Source: Albugo candida (lineage: Eukaryota). From it: DNA of 64,000 nucleotides. Position numbers and translations under genes: made by a program. The first letter of the stretch is position 1, and every line of letters starts with the position of its first letter. The stretch is from the NCBI GenBank assembly GCA_040437565.1, contig JBDOQK010000005.1:372001-436000 (forward strand), written 5' to 3'. The notes beneath the pieces were generated by a model. It was not told the origin of the DNA. It ran no database searches and worked only from the letters and a program-made list of their open reading frames with translations. Below are positions 58,927 to 64,000 of the stretch, piece by piece.

Positions 58927-59916
58927 ATGATGTCCATCGATAAACCTACAGACAATCACATGGAGATCGACAATATGGAGGATAATACATTAAGCGGAGA
59001 GTATTTTTACAGAAGCAGGTTTACAAATCGTCTTTCCATGTCAAACAAGCAAAACGAGCTCTCGTGGAACGAAGTGAAAGACATCCTGAATGATGTGGAG
59101 AATCTGTACCTCCAAGACGCGCAAAGAGATTCACAGCAGATTCAAAAACTCGTCCGTAATCAAAATCAGATAGAAGAAACTTGTTCCAAAAAGCAAAATG
59201 AATCAAAGATACGCTTACAAGGTTTGATTTGCATCGCAAAGTGTCTCGGTCACTGATGTAATTGCAATTCTGTAGAGCTTTTGAGTCAAGTGCAGCAAAG
59301 TGAGGAAGAAAATAACAAAGCAAATGCACATGCAGAATATATCCGTAATAAGATTCAAGAAATCGACAACGGCAAACGAAAACTTATGGCACAGTTAGCT
59401 GGCATTCAGTCAGACGAACAATATCCTTTTCCATTATGCTTCAATATTAGGAATTATTATTTGGTATCTTCTGATTCCTTAACCATGTTGATTCTTGATC
59501 TTTATGTCAGCTCAGGAACACCAAGCAAATCTTTTAACAAAGTATGAAGAAGCCCGAAAAGAAATTCTCAGCTATTGCGAATTGCATCAAGCAGATATCC
59601 CACGAGCTAAGTCAGTGTGTCGACATGAAGCGGAGGCAATTTGTACTACCTGAGCTTTTTTAGGCATCAGCTGAGTCTATATGCTTCTATAACTGGCATC
59701 AAATGGACCCTCACAGCGCCAATTGTCGGTGGTGGTACGTGAAGGGCTAAGTTGATTCTTGAATCTCTGACGCAAATTTATTCAGAGATTTATGCTCCAT
59801 CGAGACAAAACATGTTCCATTTTGAGTTCAATATCGATGACGACGAATTCGAAGCAGCAAACGCAATTTGGGATAAAATTGATGATCTCTTTGACGATGG
59901 GGATCACGATCTGTAA
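58927..59916 (+). CDS. SPC24: Kinetochore NDC80-complex subunit SPC24-like, 5 exons (start may be 59038)
   Basis: Coiled coil, then IPRAK|HQLSLYASITGIKW..G|EI..FEAANAIWDKI, which resembles the SPC24 RWD C-terminus. Includes a U12-type intron starting at 59421. Confidence 0.7.
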
Positions 59917-60140
59917 CATAGAGNNNNNNNNNNNNNNNNNNNNNNNNNNNNNNNNNNNNNNNNNNNNNNNNNNNNNNNNNNNNNNNNNNNNNNNNNNNNN
60001 NNNNNNNNNNNNNNNNNNNNNNNAGAGACTAGAGTACATGTAAAAGTTTAATTGCAATGCACACAAAATTAGGCGCTCGAACACTTGCTCGTGATTGCTT
60101 GTGTAAGCTGCAAGCGTTTAATCCATTTTGAGTTGCTGCA

Positions 60141-61946
60141 ATGAATAATGCGGATGGGAATCAATGGCAACAGATGTTACGAGATTCGTCGGTGAGAAGT
60201 AAAATGCCATTTGTCAATTTCATCATAGTAGGGGACCCAGGAACGGGCAAAGAGTCATTATTGGCACGAATGAGTGCTGCCAGTCGAGCAACTTCGTCCA
60301 ATTCGGAAAATTGGAATGCGAACAAGCAGAATGGAGTTTCAACCTCTTACAGGGACGCTCAAATGTCAAATTCGCTGCAAAAATCCGATGCATTGCTTAA
60401 ATTCACAGCAATTCCGATCTCTGATAAACACGCAGCAGTTGAAGCAGGTAAACTGGGAAAGCGATGAGTGCACCTTTAATGAATGATAAATGGCGTTGAT
60501 ATAGACGACTGTGTAGCGATGATAAATGCATGGAGCTTGAATGATCTCAACTTACACGAATTGCTGCAAATTGCTATTCAACCCAGCACTATTGAATTTG
60601 TTTGTGTTTACAAACTATGAATCGATGCAAGTTGTCATATTTCCTCTTTAGAGCGTGGTCGCAGTCGCTGTAGATTTGTCAAGCCCGTGGTTGATGCAAA
60701 AGTCTATAGAAAAGTGGACTTCGGCGCTTGAAGGCGCCATCTTGCAGCAAATGAGTCAGATAGATCCACAAAAGCGAAACACTTTGTATCAATCAGTAAA
60801 AAATCACCTATTGGACTACGAAGAGCCGGTAAGATACTTGCAACTTACTTCTGGTCGCACTGACTCGTTATGTTTACGGTGACAGTGCTTGGAAGGTCAG
60901 GCTTTCAGGGCACACGGTATTGCGGAGAAGTCTTCACGGAAAGAATTTGTATGGAGATTGAAAGGACAAAGGTGGCAATGTCTCTAATATTTATCGTGTA
61001 GATGGAAGAAGGAATTTTGGACAAAAATCTTGGAATTCCGTTTATCATCATCGTGACGAAAAGTGATGTAAGTAATCCGAACGTGGTCAATTATCCTGGA
61101 CTCATTGAGTGTTTTTGACCTAGTTACGGCCAGAAAGCTCACTACAAGTGGACTATTTGGAGTACTCTATTCGCATGTTTGCCATCCGATGCATGTCTTA
61201 TTTCGCAATTGTGTCAATTCGGGCTCAAATACAAGGCTAATAATTCTCTGATGTTGCAAAGATAGATGGCGCGGCAGTCTTTTACACCTCCGCTAAGACT
61301 GAGAGCAACATTGCACTCCTTCAAAAATACATAATGCACCGAGCGTTCCCGGCACAATTTCCGTTTATTGAGGCACCTCAGGTAAGCTGAAGAGTTTGCA
61401 AATGAGTATCAATTACAAACATGTTTTGAAAAGCTGATTGAACGCGGAGCAATCTTTTCTCCTTCGGGATATGATTCAGTGTCGCTCATCAATCAGAGTT
61501 TGGTGGGATCACACCCTCGATGGCAGCCCGACACTCCATTTGAAAAAATCATTCCAGACCCGAGTTCGTCTACAATTGGCCTCGAGAAAGAAGACTACAG
61601 CACGTCAACATCGAACATCTCTGATGTACAAGTTGAACAACATGAAGCTTGGCTGGAGAGACTGGAGCGGGCTGCAGGAGCTGGTCTGGAAGATTTACAA
61701 AAGCAGAGTGTTGAGGCCAGTAAGAAAGCAGAAGCAGCTTCCTTAGCTCGACGTACTGCAGCAGAAAGGCGAAAACGAGAAGACAAGGTACTTTGGCAAA
61801 TTGCTGTGAACATTTGCAGCCAATATTTCGTTTTGTAGGATGTGAGCTCCAAACATTTGGCAAACTTTTTCAACAATCTGCTTAGCCGGCCAGAAAAGTC
61901 CAAAAGTGCGCGCTCATTTGGAGGTGACACCAAGAATTCAGGATAA
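60141..61946 (+). CDS. Cytoplasmic dynein light intermediate chain, multi-exon
   Basis: IVGDPGTGKESL; AVDLSSPW; NLGIPFIIIVTKSD; YGAAVFYTSAK; IFSPSGYDS; LANFFNNLL. Confidence 0.88.
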
Positions 61947-62098
61947 AAGTGTCCTTCAGTACGCGTTCATTTGCATCGAGGCAAGAACTGACGAGATTTG
62001 ATACATTTTTTCGATAGAAATTGTGAGATTTTGATATCACGTTAACGCACTTTCATTTGTAATTTGTATTCACATTTCTAACACCAGTAACACTGGAC

Positions 62099-63238
62099 AT
62101 GCTGCGGATTTTCACGCTCAATGTTTACTTCGACAGCGTCGCTATGACCTTACGCATGCGAGCAATTGGAAAGTGTGTTGAGAGACTTCGACCTGGCGTA
62201 ATTGGATTCCAAGAAGTTACAAGCGAATCGTTGGCGATGTTGAAGAAACAACCATGGAGTTGCTATTATGATTGCAGTGCAGATTGCATCGCACCTTTCG
62301 ATAAACCATATTTTGTAGTACTATTTACTGCTCTTCCTATGCTTTCAATTGAGACGTATCCTTTCAAAGAAACAAAAATGGGAAGAGAATTGATTTGCAT
62401 GCATCTTCGGGTTTCTGAGACTCAAACACTTTTTGTCGGGACAACGCACTTGGAAAGTCTCAAACAGAATGGAAGCATTCGCGTAAAACAGCTACAAGAA
62501 TGTTTTACAATTCTCGAGCGTCATGTGGAAAATCAGACAGCTGCAAAGCAGAAGATCCGATCGTTGACAGATTTCAAGCAGTCTCAATCTCGCTCTAACT
62601 GTTTAGGGGCAGTCCTGATGGGCGATTTTAATCTCTTTCCTGAGGATACCAGGTATCTGGATCCAATGGGACATTCCCCGTTAGTACTCGAGCCTGCACG
62701 ATCTAATAGAGCGCTTTGTCGCGTTTGCAATACCAAAATCGACAAAAATGAGCTACGCGTTGGAAAATCACAGGAAGAAGCGAGGGATAAAAGGGAAATG
62801 ATGCATTGGTACCATCCTCATTGTTTTCAGAAGCAAGCTACCAAGACGGAGAAAATCAAAGTTGAGCAATTGCTTCAAAATTTCGTCCCCATTCAGGTGG
62901 AGAGCAAGGAGACAGGAAAAAAGCGATCGATTGATTCCTTGGATCGTGAAATGATTGGTATTCCGACGGGATGGATTGATTGCTGGCTATGCGGAAAAAA
63001 TGGAACGGAGAAGAATGGATTCACTTTTGATGGCCGCGTTAATAAATTGATACCCAATCCTTCCTATCAAAGTCGTTTCGATCGGATTTACTTTTATAAA
63101 GGAGCAAGATATGGTGATGGAGCTGATATGATTGAACGTGTTGATATAATCGGAAAAGAACCTATCGCGGAAAAAACGTGGATGTCTGATCATTTTGGAC
63201 TGCTTTCTACTTTTCGATTTAGTTTGGACGATGATTAG
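62099..63238 (+). CDS. TDP2-like EEP phosphodiesterase with an inserted PARP-type zinc finger
   Basis: FTLNVYFD; GFQEVT; MGREL; TTHLESL; MGDFN; WIDCW..GFTFD..N..RFDRI; SDHFGL. Insert EPARSNRALCRVC..IDKNELRVG..WYHPHCF. Confidence 0.88.
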   Translation: MLRIFTLNVYFDSVAMTLRMRAIGKCVERLRPGVIGFQEVTSESLAMLKKQPWSCYYDCSADCIAPFDKPYFVVLFTALPMLSIETYPFKETKMGRELICMHLRVSETQTLFVGTTHLESLKQNGSIRVKQLQECFTILERHVENQTAAKQKIRSLTDFKQSQSRSNCLGAVLMGDFNLFPEDTRYLDPMGHSPLVLEPARSNRALCRVCNTKIDKNELRVGKSQEEARDKREMMHWYHPHCFQKQATKTEKIKVEQLLQNFVPIQVESKETGKKRSIDSLDREMIGIPTGWIDCWLCGKNGTEKNGFTFDGRVNKLIPNPSYQSRFDRIYFYKGARYGDGADMIERVDIIGKEPIAEKTWMSDHFGLLSTFRFSLDDD

Positions 63239-63380
63239 GCTCATACAAGAGGCGACAGAGTGCACGTTCGAAAAGTGCAGAGTTACCACCGTATCACCGT
63301 TTCATTCTGTTGGGCGGGAAGGTTCAGCACCGGTAAATTACGGTACTTGTCGGCAATTGACACAATAGCCGTCCGCACCG

Positions 63381-64000
63381 ATGAGATCGCTGTGTTGCTT
63401 TCGGCGACATCAACGGGACTCTACGGGGAAGCGGTACCGTGAGCAATTGAATAAAGTAAAAGAAGTTTTTCCAGGAACATCCTACGTGTGCTTACTGGAT
63501 GGAGAAAATGGAAATGTCATGTAAGTGGCTCTCAATAATAGATCGAGGAAACGAAATCGCTAACGTCACTTGNNNNNNNNNNNNNNNNNNNNNNNNNNNN
63601 NNNNNNNNNNNNNNNNNNNNNNNNNNNNNNNNNNNNNNNNNNNNNNNNNNNNNNNNNNNNNNNNNNNNNNNNGTTGCTTTCGGCGACATCAACGGGACTC
63701 TACGGGGAAGCGGTACCGTGAGCAATTGAATAAAGTAAAAGAAGTTTTTCCAGGAACATCTTACGTGTGCTTACTGGATGGAGAAAATGGAAATGTCATG
63801 TAAGTGGCTCTCAATAATAGATCGAGGAAACGAAATCGCTAACGTCACTTGATTTAGTGCTCACTCAGAGGAAAATAATCCAAACACAGAAGAATTTGCG
63901 CGATTTGTGCGTATGTTACGCAAAGCAGCGATGCAATTCGGTGCGTGCTAGTGCTTTGCGTTTCCCATCGTCGTTTTGTTCCCGAGCAAATATCGTGCTG
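63381..64000 (+). CDS. Roadblock/LAMTOR-like small protein, 5' part (runs off window)
   Basis: After removing the gap duplication it splices to MRSLCCFRRHQRDSTGKRYREQLNKVKEVFPGTSYVCLLDGENGNVI|AHSEENNPNTEEFARFVRMLRKAAMQF, a roadblock-like helix-strand-strand-helix pattern. Confidence 0.45.

Overview
Eukaryotic, gene-dense scaffold with ~50-75 nt introns, oomycete-type INR/FPR promoter motifs and fourteen 100-N gaps. It is most consistent with an oomycete, probably Albugo-like (inference). I read about 26 genes, several split across short exons that the ORF track misses: PRI1, THP3/LENG8, GlyRS, TCAIM-like, BAR-like/MOB, PRP6, MED15-like, torsin-like ATPase, RPT5, mL53, POP5, SthA, presenilin, RRM protein, F-BAR/SBF2, thiolase, PEX12, PP2C, BCCIP, Aha1-like, Furry-like, TFIIIC-Tfc4, SPC24, dynein LIC, TDP2-like and a roadblock-like gene. 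A gene-sparse island at ~12.5-21.5 kb is bounded by an old inverted duplication of the unit PRP6 plus a small secreted protein. Both secreted paralogues are intact, the PRP6 copy has decayed, and a second PRP6 scrap and pseudogene debris lie inside. Other notable points are a spliced BAR-like/MOB fusion, a U12-type intron with non-canonical ends in SPC24, an intron-containing bacterial-type soluble transhydrogenase, a PARP-type zinc finger inside a TDP2-like catalytic domain, a signal-peptide torsin/ClpB-D2-like ATPase and four GC-AG introns. Direct repeats flanking the N gaps are assembly artefacts. All family calls come from motif recognition by eye, with no searches run.
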